The notes under the pieces: model-generated
Told to the model about the DNA's origin: nothing
Database searches by the model: none
The model's input: only the letters and a program-made list of their open reading frames with translations
Origin: Nemertoderma westbladi
Taxonomy: Eukaryota; Animalia; Xenacoelomorpha
DNA length: 64,000 nucleotides
Direction of reading: 5' to 3'
NCBI GenBank assembly: GCA_032718475.1
Contig: JAUCBJ010000969.1
Coordinates: 2,416-66,415 of the forward strand
Translations under genes and position numbers: made by a program
Part shown: one piece after another, positions 23,665 to 36,879 of the stretch
Layout of the letters: every line of letters begins with the position of its first letter
How positions within the stretch are numbered: the first letter of the stretch is position 1

Positions 23665-25142
23665 GGGTGTAAACGTTACGCCGACAACCGAAGCCGACAA
23701 CCGACAGCCGACAACCGAAACCGACAGCCGAAGACTGACAACCGACAGCCGATAACCGACAACACAAATCCGAAAACCATTATTAACGGTAATTAAAATA
23801 ACAACAATAAAAAGAGCAATTTGGTGACAGAAAAATATTAATAAACTGTAATAATAATTTCTAAACGAATTTGAGCCTTGTGTTCTTTTAAACTCTATAC
23901 TTATAAAATAAATTAAGAGTACATTATTTAAGATAATGAACTATCTTTAACACCGATATAAGATTATTAAATACACTACCAATAATTTAAAGGTCACGCA
24001 TGGGTAAGAATACCAGACTTTCTGCCGTTATATTTCACTTTGCAGTTACCCCCATGTGAAGAATACCAGGTTTTCACCAAAAACACAGGTTACTGAATCT
24101 AACCAAAACAATAAACGAATTAGTATTTGTACAGGTTATATGACAGAAATAAGCGCCCCTGGTAATCCTGGTATTCTTCACATGGGCCCACGCATGACGA
24201 TATACTTGAAGAATACTGACTATCCCTAACACAGTAATGTTAGAGTATCAGAGTTTATTGGAAGGTCATGTTGTTTGACGATTACTGGCTATCCATAATA
24301 ATCATAGCAGTGATATTAGTAAGTAACCTTCTTTACACTTCCAATATAATTGAAAGATCAATTTACTTAATAGCACTCACTAGCTGCCTAACGAAACAGG
24401 CTGGCACGGTTAAGCATTGGATTACTTTGCTTGTAACATGCTCCTGTTACTATGGTTACTAAAACACCACAACAACCCGCCAATAATGACGTAAACTTTC
24501 CGCCAATAATGACGTAAACTTTCCAATTGGGCCTTTATGGGACTACTCAATGAATGTATTGCATTCAATAGTACTGCATAAGAAGGGTACCAAACTAAAA
24601 AAAAATGTCACACAGTATACCATGTATGTCCCGGAATATAGTGTCGTAATTCAGTGACACCCCCCCCCCCCCCCCCCCCCGGCCATGCAAGGATTCCAAA
24701 TATGTAGCACAAACTGAATTTCGTTGAAAAATAGCCGAGGAGGGCGTTCAAAAGTTGCATTGTTTTGCATCAGCGCTAGGCTATTTTATTATATTTTATA
24801 AATACACCATATTCTTAAAACAAATACAAATTCTTCATATATAATATAATATACAATATATAGACCGAAAAGTGAAAACTGTCGGTTGTCTGCTGTCGGT
24901 TGTTGGCTGTCGGTTGTCTGCTGTCGGTTGTCAATTGTCGGCTTCGGTTGTCAGCTGTCGGCTGTCGGCTTCGGTTATCGGCTGTCGGTTGACGGCTGTC
25001 GGCTTCGGTTGTCAGCTGTCGGCTTCGGTTGTCAGCTGTCGGTTGTCGGCTTCGGTTATCGGCTGTCGGTTGACGGCTTCGGCTGTCGGCTTCGGTTGAC
25101 GGTTATCGGCTGTCGTCGGCTGTCGGCGTAACGTTTACACCC
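23665..25142. mobile_element. Non-autonomous Mutator/foldback-like TIR element with 9-bp TSD
   Basis: TIR GGGTGTAAACGTTACGCCGACA / TGTCGGCGTAACGTTTACACCC, with subterminal CCGACAA/CCGACAG minisatellite arms. GTACTGAAG at 23656-23664 and 25143-25151. Confidence 0.9.
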
Positions 25143-25721
25143 GTACTGAAGCTCAATACTGTGGTAAATCCAGAAAACGATACCTAATAAATAATTCAGC
25201 TTTCTCATATCAGCATATTTAACAAGCTTCAATGTTAAGGACAAAAAGCTAAAATTTCACTGATTGAAAGTCATTTAAAGTCAAGTGGCCCATGTTACCC
25301 ACAGGGTCCAAGTATCCTCATTTGACGGTATGGAGGGTAGGCCTATCGATATCAGCCTACAGAATACCTCTCTACAAACAAAATAATTTTAAATAATAGG
25401 TCCTAGTTAAAATATTTTACTTTTTATTCTTATAATGAGATAATAAAACCGCATTCTGCTCTGTCTCAAAATCAAATCGTGTCTCTATACATGACCCGTA
25501 ATACCGGTGCTGTATGCCGGGACAGTAGTGTCATTTCTATACAATACATGACCCATATTACTGTCGGTACAGTAGTGTCATTATCTGATAACATTTATAT
25601 TTATTTTTTATTTATTTCTTACACAATTAGTATTAAAATGAATAGGGAGAAGAATCACCCAGGGTCCCTTCTCCCTTCCGGAAGCACTAAGGGGTTGCCA
25701 AGATCGTAGTACATTATGTAA

Positions 25722-26830
25722 ATAGAGACGGGCCTAGCGGCCCGTGAAGCAAGTCGTAGGAGACAGTACGAGTCAAGTAAAAGCTTTTTGTTCTGTCTGA
25801 TAATAAATTAGTGTGAGCGTGCGTAGTCGCGGTGGTGTACGATAAGTTTTCTAGACAACTTCAAACTATAACTATTATGTTGTAATCATCTAATGAATTT
25901 TAAAAGGTGTTGTGATGATAGAAGATAGAGAGCAGTTAGCGAAATGATTATTTTGTTCTATCGGATAGAGTAGTCAGAGAGGAGTCGATGTGTCAATTGA
26001 TTAATAATAATAACAGCAGTTGTCATGAATTCAATACAATCGCGCACAAGAAGTGATAAGACAAATTCGTTCTTATTTTTGTAATAAATAAAACAAGTTG
26101 AGATGTTTCAATGTAAACCGCGATTAACAATTTACACTGTTCAATGTAAACCATGATATTAATTAAATACAACAATTATATTATTATTATTACAGATTTT
26201 TATATTTCAAACTATAATGTTAGCCTTATGGAGAATCATTATGAGGCTGAGTAAACATTCAGCCTTATAAGCATACAGCCTCCACAGTATTAATGTAGGC
26301 ACAAAGATTTCAAAATAAAACAATAATTCGATGAGGACATAGTACAATACACAGTGTAGCCATCACACTGTTTAACTAACAGTCATTTAGCATGCACGCC
26401 AATTAATTAACATTGGGAAGAGTTATTCAGCTGAGACTGTAATAGGTAATAGCCAGCTAAACCAGTTAATATTTGCTTACTGTCTGGGTTGTAGACTAGA
26501 GTGATAATACTTGGTACAGAAAGTACTTCTTTGTCAGTTGGCCCTTCCTATTGAATGCATTACCAGGCCATCAATATACATTTTTCATGAGTGCCAGCTG
26601 GTGTTTTTATCATTGCGCCTATGGCAATTTTCGTGTTTTTGGGACTATTTTTCGAAATAAAACAAGTTGAGATGTTTCAATTTAAACCGCGATTTCACAA
26701 GTACCTATAGAAATCTATTTTCATGGTCCATGCAAAATTTCATCAAAATCGTTAGAGCCGTTTTTGCTCTAGGTCAGTAGTCAGTAGCTGCTATAGTAGT
26801 CAGTAGCCATAGCCAGTAGCTTTTTTTCTT
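25722..26830 (-). mobile_element. Non-autonomous Helitron-like element, same family as 39313-41573
   Basis: 3' hairpin CGGGCCGCTAGGCCCG followed by tctCTAT. Shares the 5' motif ctctaacgattttgatgaaatttt and an internal block (26205-26300 vs 39820-39920). The 5' boundary is approximate. Confidence 0.7.
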
Positions 26831-28970
26831 ACGGTCTTACTTCAAGTCTTACGACTTGCTAACTTGCTAATTATCAGTGAAATGAAATAAAACAATTTCA
26901 TAAATCGACTATGTCAATATTCCCTAATTTAATATTGATTTAATATACTGTAAGTGTCCAGAATTTAATGATTGGTCGTATGTAACTTATAAAGGCTGTT
27001 AGCAAAAGCTATCATATTATTCGTATAAAAACAACGAAATATTAAATTTTACTTTTTTGTCTTTGCTGCCGTTCTCTTCACATTAAATATTAAACTTCAA
27101 ATTGGAGAAAATAATGACGCCTACAGTAGATCTACATAGATCTATAAATTTATCATCCGACTTAATTAAAATTCCATTAAAAAAAATATAATCTACTGTA
27201 GCTATCTTTCTTAGCACCCATAATGGAGAACTGTAGGCCTTTGTCAACTGCTACAGTAGTTCGAGCTGCCAGATTTTGGTCCAAATTTATAATATGAGAA
27301 TGGTTGAAGCCAAGAGATGGCTGTCTTTACTCTTAGCACATTTTAACAGTCCTCAGCATCCATCGCAACTCTATAATTTTTTTGGAAGTAATTCTGTCAC
27401 TGCAATAATATCAGTTGAGAAATCGGTTATTGCAGCAGTTTGCAGTTCTGAGTTTATTTATAAGAATATCTGTGCATTGGTTTATTACATTAATTTTAGT
27501 TTCTTTACCAACTGCCCTGAACATGCTGCAGCAGCCACAGCTGTTGCAATATCCCTAGCTGCAGCCTGAAGGGACGGTAGGTAGGCCTAGTCAATCGAAC
27601 TTTTCGCTATCATTGGAACCACCAATGTACAGTAGTACAGTTTCCCACAATGTGGATGTTGCGTTAGTTAGTGTAATTCCAACATGATGATGTCGTGTTT
27701 GGTGCTGTTGCATCATTTCCCTTAGCTTCAATCTTGCTTTGTACTCTACTTCCCATTTGAACTTAGACATGTCACGGTCAAAATAGTAGCGGCAGTCTCC
27801 ATCACTCCTGTAAATGACCGCCTGAAGCCCTGATGGCTACAGTATAACTTTATCAGTTTCCTCAGCTGAGCTAAATGTTAGCAGTAGTGGGGCGGGATGT
27901 TACGAAAGTGTCGTTTTTCATAGCTTATCTTCTAGCTGTCAGGCTGTCTAGTATCATTTTGTTTCTGTTAATTAGTTACAGTATGTTTTCCTGGGATCCC
28001 ACGGACAACTACTATACATTGCACTTTCGCTTGGTATTTAAGTGAATAGTCTTTTCAATTGAGTTATGTGTCCATTTTATTTATGCACAGCTCCACTATC
28101 CCCATAATCCATGTAACCCCATCCCATAGTGATATATGTGTACAGCAATATAGCCATTCAGATACACGGCTAGCCCCACCACTAATTCGTGCTGGTAATT
28201 CTGCTATTTGTAGTTTGCCTGTCTATTTCCATTGGTCGGCTCAGAAAGTAGTCTACACTCAGCCTGTCAGCTACACAGTTAGTGAGTACTCATTGGCTAC
28301 TACTGTCAGACTGCACCTAGTGGCCGTCCTTCTACGACCATTGTATTTATAGTTTAGCTGTGGTTCACTGTAATATTATTTACCAACACGAACACAACCA
28401 TTCCTAACAAACATATTTAAGATCAATGGATGGCAATCAGGCAATATCGTATCAATCATCAATGGTATGAGTACGGTAATAAGTATGTACTTACTGTACC
28501 CTACAGTATACCTAGACAGCTAGACCTTTCGAACATGTCTTGTTAGTAATTCCTAATAAGTGATAACGCCTACTTGTTTGCAACGTAGTGAAACAGAACA
28601 CCTTAGGCCTACTTATAAATTGGGTTACGCGATCTAACTTTATATTACCACTGAAAACGGTTAACTTTTAACTTTTTGTCTTAAAAGCCAGAAAGCCTCG
28701 ACAATTTTATATGAAATTCGATATTTGTTTAACTTTATCTTGTTGAACTTTCAAGTTATCTGTATTTTTTAATTATGATTTTGATGATTTTTTAATGAAG
28801 ATTTTTGGCTATGGTTACTGTATAACCATTTCCAACACTTCAATCTTAGCTTATAGTTCAGCCCGCGGGTGTATCGGTAACGGGCCTAAACTCATGAGAT
28901 GTGTCCTATGGACAGGACATTTCTACTGTGTATTCTCTCCCGCTGTAAAAACGATTCTCATCCGCCATAT

Positions 28971-29561
28971 TGTGACGGGATCGATGGATCCCGATTTATC
29001 CAGTTGGGTTTTCTATCTACGCGTCCCCGCCGTGTGTGTAAAAGGGTTAGTTTAGAGTTCTGAAGTTCTTTGATCGATATGTGTAAAATACAATGCATAG
29101 AGTGATATAAGCACAGTTAATAGGATTAAAGTGAGCAAATGATATACCGGTAGGTAAGTATTACATATGGTGGCGACGGTAGACAGTAATAGAAGTTCCC
29201 GTTCCACCCTAACTGAACTGATTAACTAAACTGAGCAAATAACATGGTTACCGGTAGTATATATTGCACCGTTGGCCGCATTACATTACTCAGTCGATGC
29301 TTGCCCTCCCATTGGCTGATAACCTAGTTGTCTCCCTCTCATCTCCCTGGGAGTGTTTCCCCTTGCTGCTGTGATTCCCTCTCTCTCTCAGGGGTGTAAC
29401 CCCTGACCCCTATTGTGTGTATGTCCTCTGGGGTTTGTCGCCCCGTTTATTGGGGTGATACAAGGTTGATTGGTAATCAACCTTGTACTCCCAATATTGC
29501 TTTAGGGTCTCGCTGGCCCAACTTTATGGGGGTTGGTGAGGCGGAATTGAATACGCTCACA
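28971..29561 (-). repeat. 3' LTR of element 2
   Basis: TG..CA ends; homologous to 36329-36879. Confidence 0.85.
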
Positions 29562-30169
29562 CTCCCCCCATGCTATCTTCCCGGTGAGAAGATAGCATCA
29601 ACCTCTAAGTGCGCTTCAATTCCGCTGGAACTTGATCTACTATCGGGTGTGGGGTGGAGTTATTTTTTCTTGGAGTCGGCTTTCCAGGCCGCTCCCTATG
29701 GGTATGATGTCACTACCCTCTGGCGTCTCATGTTGGGCCGATCGTGCGCTTCTTTCACACAACTTTTGTTTCCCCAACACTCTCACCACTCCTAACTCCG
29801 CTCTAACTCCTCCACTCGAACTCCGCTCTAACTCTGCTCTTACTCTCTCCCCACACCTGAATCGCACTCTAACTTCTCTCTCGCCAACAACTCCATACTC
29901 CTCTCTACTCTCTGCCACTCCCTAAGGCCCTAATCTCTAATGTTACCCCTGTGCTATCATACTATCTACCTTACTACTTACTTACTAACTATCTAACTCT
30001 CCTACTCTCTACTAACTCTCCGACTCTAACTAGCTCTACTAAGTTTAACTCCTACTAACTTCTTCTAAGTCTCTAACTCCTAACTCTACTAAGTCTCTTA
30101 ACTCTTACTACTTCTAGCTCTAACTAAAAACCTCTAACTTTCTACTAACACTAACTCTACTTACTACTT

Positions 30170-30540
30170 TCTACGTGGCACTTGCGGTGCCCACAACCAC
30201 TCTGCTTACTGGCACCCTATGTGCCCGTCTCTACTACTCTACTACCTGGCACCCTATGTGCCCTCTTTACTACTCTACTACCTCTACATCTCCACCTCCA
30301 CTACTACCTCTATCTACGTGGCGCTTGCGGTGCCCACAACCACTCTGCTGCTACCTCTACGTGGTGCTTTCAGTGCCCACAACCACCCTGCTGCTACCTC
30401 TACGTGGCGCTTTCGGTGCCCATGACCACCCTACTACTACCTATCTACGTGGCGCTTGCGGTGCCCACAACCACTCTCTGCTACTACTTCTACGTGGCGC
30501 TTCCGGTGCCCACAACCACCTACTACTACTCGTGGCATGA
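30170..30540. repeat. ~45-bp tandem repeat inside element 2
   Basis: tacgtggcgcttgcggtgcccacaaccac repeated about 6 times. Confidence 0.8.
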
Positions 30541-31267
30541 CAATATGCCACACTCCCTTACACACCGACTTCTAACTTAACTATCTTCTAACTACTTACT
30601 ATCTTCTACTACTTCTGACTTCTACTTACTTACTTTATCTAACTTTCTATTTATTTTTATTATTTAATTATTTTTATTATTTATATTTTTAATTAAATAA
30701 TTAATTTTTGTGGGAAGGGCGTCTCGCCCTCATTCCCACCCCCCTCAGTCCAAATATTGGACGACTAAACTCTAACTCCCACTCTTGATCTTCCATCGAC
30801 TCTTTCCAGGAGGCATTCTCCCACTGGCCCCCTATGCGTCCCCTTATTCTTCACCACACTCTCTCTGCCAATTCCAACTCACCAGGAATTGGTTCTCCCT
30901 CTTCCGCCACCCTGAAATCGGGTCTCTCCGCCTCCTTCTTAACTATCTCGTCTCCTGGCATCAAAATGCCACCTCCCACCTTGTTATCTCCCAGCGGCAG
31001 AATGAATAGAAAGTGAAAGAACAGGCAAAACAGAAGGTACAATAGTAGTCTTATCCCTTTCCATCCTGTCTTCCTTCTCGACTTCCCCCTTGTCGGTATG
31101 CCTCTCAACCGGACCGGCGTCTCTTCCGGACACTCCTCTGGACACTCCTCCGGCACTCCTCCGGACTATTGTCCTCCTGACACTCCACCGGACACTCCTC
31201 CGGTTTGTCCTCCGGACATCTCGCCGTCCGCTCCTCTCCATCTCCATACCGATACTTGCTGGGAAAT

Positions 31268-33334
31268 CTATTCTCCTCCGCCCACTCTCTTACTGTTACT
31301 TCCCTGTCTGGCTCTACTATCTCCTCCGGTTTCTTCTCTTCGTCCTCTGTGTCTACGGTGCCTGGTAACATGCACCCTGATGTCTCTGTCACACTGCGAT
31401 GGGATCTTGGTTTTAACTGGGCCGCTAAGCGTCCATCCGAACGGCGTGAGGATCGCCGTCGGGTCCCGCTGCCTGTCTTCGCCGAAGACCGTCTGTGTTC
31501 TCTCGTGGGCCGTCGGGCAGTCCATTCCTACTATAATGGATACCTTCCTAACGTCCACCTCTGGTATTGAGAAATCGATACCGTCCAGGAATGTATATTG
31601 TTCGACTTCGATGTTGGTTGGTCGCCTGGCGTTGATATTTATCGATTCTATCACGTGGATGGGGTCGATCGTCGCCCCATAGTCGCATCCCGGTGCAATC
31701 GCTGATATCCTGCACCGTCCCGTCCTCATCTCCAGGACCTCATCTTTACTTGAGACGGTAGTTACCGCCATTCTATTCGGCCTTGTCTTTAGCCCTATCT
31801 CTTCGGCCACCCAGTTCTCCACCAGCGTGAAGGCTGCTCCGCTGTCGACCAGCATTAATGTCGTTACTGATCGACCGCCCTCTCCTGATATCTTCACTGG
31901 TACTACCCCGAGTAGTACTTTTCTCTTGTTTCTTGCCACTGTCGTGCTTGTAGCCATTGTTTGGCCTCCAGTCTCGGATCTCTCTGCTGTTTCTCTACAC
32001 TCTCCGGATCTGTGTCCTTCTACCACACATCGATGACATAGTCCGTTTGCGTCTGTGTAGGCTATACGATCTTGTTTGGGCAATGCTTGCCAGTGCTTAC
32101 AACTCATGGTCTTATGGGTTCCGTCCCGATGTAATTGACATTCGAATCCTGGATTATAGCGTTCCCTGTATAGTCCTTCACGTATCGCGCGTAGGTTTAT
32201 ATCTACCGATTTAGTGTTTTGGTTATCTGTACTCGGCCTACTGGGTATGTTGGGATTATGTTTATTTATGGTGTTATTTTCTTTCTGTCCCTGCCACGGT
32301 GTGGCCCTACTCCCAGCTAACTGTGGCTGCAGCCCCTGTGTGGCCGCGTGTGGTAGCGACTGTCTTACTCTTGAGAATGGATCTGTCGGATTATGTTCGG
32401 GTCCAGGCCTGTTGTATTCGGTCTTTGGTGCCTTCCCCAAACTATCCTCACTATAGACTGGGTCTGTAATTAATTCGGCTTCATAGTTTAGGAAGCTCGA
32501 CATTTCTTCTAGGCCCGGTTCCGCACCTTTCTTCTCCCGAGTGGAGAAGGCGATCTTCCTCCACTTGCTCCGCAGCCAGATCGGCAGTGCCTGCGCTATC
32601 GTGGTGATGTTATTAGATGCGTTGAGTTCGTATGGCGCGTCTAGCGTCTTTAACACGATTAACGCCTTCTCGACCTTGTTCGCGAAGGTCTTTATGCTAA
32701 CGGGGTTATCCTGTAGGCCACCCGATGTTATACCTCTCAGGGTTTGCCGGATGATCTTGGCTGGGTGTCCGTATTCCCTGTCTAGCGCCCGCCATGCTGT
32801 CGTGAAGCCGCCCTCGATGCCCTGGTACTGCCTCACGATGTCGTATGCTGGGCCTCCTGTATACACCTGTAGATATTTTAGGCACTCCGCCTGCGTCAAG
32901 TTCTTACTTAATATCTCGTTACTGTACATGCGCCGAAACTGCAGGTATTCTTCCGGCCTACTTCCGTCGAATTTAAATGGCTCGACTGGTGGTAACTCGA
33001 TCCTGGTCTTTAATGCATCGATTAGCGTCGCCATTCCCATCACCTGTGCTTCCAATGGGTTCGAGGGATGCTGTACAGATTCTTCTATTGGGTATGATCC
33101 GTTCGTCCTATCTGCTGTTGATCTAACTTGTTGCGTCGGATATATCATTGGGAGTAATGGCCCCCTCCATATTTCCGTGTCGCACGACCTGTTCTCGTCC
33201 AGGGGGTTCGATGTTCTTATTGCTGTTTGAGTATATTGTTGATATTGTAATGGGGGAATGTCACCCTGTCCCCCCCCCCCCCCACCAGTATGTTTGGTAC
33301 TGGGGTTGATGTTAATATATTGGGGCCCATACAT
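31268..33334 (-). CDS. BEL/Pao gag core, zinc knuckles and aspartic protease; ORFs up to 36257 are probably the broken gag N-terminus
   Basis: LPPVEPFKFDG.....Y..F, LKYLQVY, AWRALDREYG, LPIWLRSKW, CQLHRDGTHKTMSC, CHRCVVEGHRSGEC, LVDSGA, IIVGMD, TPFGWTLSG. Confidence 0.85.
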   Translation of the reverse strand: MYGPQYININPSTKHTGGGGGGQGDIPPLQYQQYTQTAIRTSNPLDENRSCDTEIWRGPLLPMIYPTQQVRSTADRTNGSYPIEESVQHPSNPLEAQVMGMATLIDALKTRIELPPVEPFKFDGSRPEEYLQFRRMYSNEILSKNLTQAECLKYLQVYTGGPAYDIVRQYQGIEGGFTTAWRALDREYGHPAKIIRQTLRGITSGGLQDNPVSIKTFANKVEKALIVLKTLDAPYELNASNNITTIAQALPIWLRSKWRKIAFSTREKKGAEPGLEEMSSFLNYEAELITDPVYSEDSLGKAPKTEYNRPGPEHNPTDPFSRVRQSLPHAATQGLQPQLAGSRATPWQGQKENNTINKHNPNIPSRPSTDNQNTKSVDINLRAIREGLYRERYNPGFECQLHRDGTHKTMSCKHWQALPKQDRIAYTDANGLCHRCVVEGHRSGECRETAERSETGGQTMATSTTVARNKRKVLLGVVPVKISGEGGRSVTTLMLVDSGAAFTLVENWVAEEIGLKTRPNRMAVTTVSSKDEVLEMRTGRCRISAIAPGCDYGATIDPIHVIESININARRPTNIEVEQYTFLDGIDFSIPEVDVRKVSIIVGMDCPTAHERTQTVFGEDRQRDPTAILTPFGWTLSGPVKTKIPSQCDRDIRVHVTRHRRHRGRREETGGDSRARQGSNSKRVGGGE

Positions 33335-36319
33335 CTATCTACAATAACTCTCCCCTCCCCTGGATATATGTTATGTCCCTGTGTATTATAGTCATGCTGC
33401 TGTACCGGTACCGATATAGGCCTATCTACTTCTCGCCTACCTACCGGTATGTACTCCACGACTTCCGGGTTTAATCCCGTCGTCCGCGCTACCCTATCGC
33501 CTACTCTATCTCTCCCAGCATGGCCTATAATAGTATGTGCAGTAAGGCCTACAGTATGTCCTGCAGTCTGCATGTGCCCTTCCGAACCGAAGTTTATTCT
33601 TCGCGAATCTCGAATCTCCCCGTGACTACCGTACTCTCGATCGGCAGCTATATCCCGTCGGGAAGTTTCTCTTCGATCCTCACTTCTGTTCTCGACTTCG
33701 TATCGGTACATCCTGTACCCCTCTCTTGGCGTGTGGTGCGTTTCTCCGGGGCGACGGCAATCTCCCGAAGTTCGACCCCACTGACTCCCTAACCCCATCT
33801 CTACTATCGACGGCTCGCTATCCGTCCTCGCTCTCCGGTTGCTCCTAGCAACGACTCTTCTATTATCTTCACTCCTTCTCTCTTCGACCTCTCGGTTAAA
33901 CTCTACTAATCTTCTTCTATCTTCGACCTCTCTATTAAACTCTACTAATCTTCTCTCTTCTGTCTGGGCTCGACGTTCCGTCGCCCGCCCTCTCACGACG
34001 TCAACCTGTCTCTCTCTGCTCGATCGCACGCCGCTGGGGATACACGCAATCCCCCTATTATTCTCCATCGCCGGGTGTGTGGTTTACCTAATTCGGCCCG
34101 CGCATTATCCGCCGACGCCTGTGGGACACTCTCTGCCCCCCCTTCTCGTTACTAATCTCTCGTGGTGGGGCGCCCGTAGCCCCCCCCCCCCCCCCCACCC
34201 GCCACTTCTAACTTCACTATCTCTTACTACACTTCTATACCCCTCTTGTGGGGCATTCTCTGCCCCCCCCCTCTCTCGCCACTAATCTTCCGTGGTGGGG
34301 CGCCCGTAGCCCCCCCCCACTCGCCACATCTAACTTCACTATCTATCACTTCACTTCTACACCCCTCTCTAGTCGACACACTAACCCTACTGCGGCTGGG
34401 TCTATTCACCCCTGCCTCTCTCTCTACTACTACGTGGCCTACCAGGCCCACCTCGGGTTGACTCAACCCCGCTACTTCCTGCCTACTAACTACGTGGCCT
34501 ACCAGGCCCTCATTGGGGTCTCTCGCCCCCGCTACTCTCTGCACACTAACTGCGTTGCCTTGCAGGCTACCGTTGGCCGGACTACCTGTGTCCCCTACAT
34601 TAGTATTAATAGCCCCGTTGTTAATGTTATTATTTTCTAAATTATTCAAATTATTTGAATTATTCTGTATATTTAAATTTAAATTATTCGGATTATTTTG
34701 AATATTTGAATTAATATTATTATTTGAATTATTTGGATTAATATTAGTATTTGGATTTATATTTAAATTACCGGGTAAAATATTTCCTGTAATAAAGGTT
34801 TGGTTAGAATTATCCAATACGGTACTATTAATATTAACGTTATCTACTGTATTATTATTACCCCCCCCCCCCCCCCCCCGCCCGTACGGTCACACCAGTC
34901 TTGGGTCTGTCGTGCGGTCCCTGTAAGTGGGGTATTAATAAATGTTTCCACAGCCCTTGGCTCCTCATAAATACTCGAGCCAGTCTCGCTCTCTGACAGC
35001 CCCATCTGCGCCAGTTCTAGTCGGCGTTTCTGTTTCGCCTGATACTGCATAAGCCCCCTTAGCCGGGCATGCATACCATCCCGCACACGTTTTCTCTCAC
35101 TCTCCTCTCTCTCTATCCTCTCGTGAACTCTGATCGGCTAACTCTGCCTCTCTCGCAACTCTCTTAAGTCGTCTCTCCTCACGTTCTCTTCGCTCATTAT
35201 CCGCACTCACCTCGCGCTCTTTACGTTCCGCCTCATCGCTCTGCCTCGCGCTCTTCTTGCTCCTTCCTTTCCATCCTCCCTATTTCCTCGCACTCCCTAA
35301 AGCTTCTCGCGCCCTCTCGGCCCTCTCTTTGTTCTCTCTAACCAGCTCTTTCTCCTGCTCTATTAACGCACTCTCTTCCTCTAACTGTCTCTCTAATTCT
35401 CTCTGGTCTAGCGCCGCCAGATCGAGTTGGCACGCCAGATCTATTGCCCGCACCCTTCTTTCTTTCGCGGAGGATGTAGCAGACTTATCGGTCGCGACGG
35501 ACTCCCGTCGCCTTCCCGTCCTACTAACTTTCCCCCGCCTCCCGGAACTTCCTCCGACCGACGAGACCGAATCCTCGGGTTTAACCTCGGATTCGCCCTC
35601 CTCAGGTCTCTTCCAACCCACTAATTTTACTCCCCGGGCATCGACTAAGTATGGCCCTATGTACACTACGCTAGGTTCCATACCCCCACATTCCCATAGT
35701 TCAAACAGTTCGCTGGCAACCCCTTTCGCTCTCTCGTCGGCTAGTTCTCCCTGCCCAAAACGCATTAGGTAATCAAAGTGTCTGTTCGACTCACCTAGTC
35801 ATTTCCTCAATCTCACCTCGTCTATCTTCGCCCCTCCTTTGGCCTCTCTCAACTGCTTTCGGGTCGCGGCGTAGGCTCGTCGGAGCCGGTCGCTGACCCC
35901 GACGTCCTCGTCGCCGACATCTCCTCTATCCCTCCGGGTCCGGCGTCGTACCGGCGGCTCCACCGTTGCCGTTCCGGTGGGCCGTCCGTCGCCCTCAGCC
36001 TGTGGCTGGCCGGCGACATCGGCACGTCGACCGCCGCTGTGTGTCGACTCGTCTCTCTCTCCTCCCGACTCGTCTCTCCCTTCTCTCAACTCGTCTCTCC
36101 CTTCTCGTTGTAGACGGCCCCCCTCCGTTTGGATTGCCGGATCGTCTGTAGTCGACGGATCCGGCGTCGTGGGTCGATACCGTCTCGTCGCGGCCTCGCG
36201 GATCGTTAGGTCGCCGTCCGGGGTCCGCGACGGTGTCGTCTTTCCTTCTCTACTCATCTTTACTCTGTCGGTGGCTAGCAGTCACAGTTCGGCAGGTCTT
36301 AGAGGTTAAGACTCTTGTG

Positions 36320-36328
36320 AGTTAAGAC
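36320..36328 (-). promoter_or_regulatory. Non-tRNA PBS position (GTCTTAACT), complementary to LTR nt 36526-36534
   Basis: Starts directly after the 5' LTR end and has no TGG. The minus-strand LTR reads AGTTAAGAC at 36534-36526. Confidence 0.6.
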
Positions 36329-36879
36329 TGTGACGGGATTCGAGAGGATCCCGGTTTATCCGGTGTTGTTTACGTACGCGTCCCCGCCGTGTGAGTGAAA
36401 AGGGTTGTTATAAGTTCTTCCGATATTGTTGATACAGTAATACGGTTGATAGTATAATATATATATACAGAGATAGCACCAGACAGCAAGATAATTGTGT
36501 AAGTATACTGATGACGGCGGCGACGGTCTTAACTGTCACCGTACTGCCGTAACTGTACTGGGTAAACTGAATGAATGAGCAACACCGACCGGTAATATAC
36601 TACTCTAGGTTTGGCCGTGTTACTCAGTCAATGCTTCCCCCCTATTGGCTGATAACTCACTTCTTACCCCTATCCCCCTGGGAGTGTTTCTCCCCCGCTA
36701 CTGTTATTCTCTCTCCCCTGGAGGTATAACCTCTGACCCCCATTGTGTGTGTCTCCTTTGGGGTTTGTTGCCCCGCTTATTGGGGTGATACAAGGTTGAT
36801 GGTAATCAACCTTGTAGTTCCAATAATACTTAATGCCAACTTTATGGGGTTTAGTGTGGCGGAATTGAATACGCTCACA
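36329..36879 (-). repeat. 5' LTR of element 2
   Basis: TG..CA ends; homologous to 28971-29561. Confidence 0.85.

Larger units (their letters stand above)
28971..36879 (-). mobile_element. BEL/Pao-derived LTR element with gag-protease only (no RT, RH or IN seen)
   Basis: TGTGACGGGA...ACGCTCACA LTRs at 28971-29561 and 36329-36879, clearly diverged from each other. PPT TGGGGGGAG next to 29561. Flanks CATAT and AATAG do not match. Confidence 0.85.

Noticed and set aside
35795-35801. Second TGA-CTAG between in-frame ORFs of element 2
   Set aside because: The surrounding gag region is decayed, so a CGA-to-TGA mutation explains it equally well.
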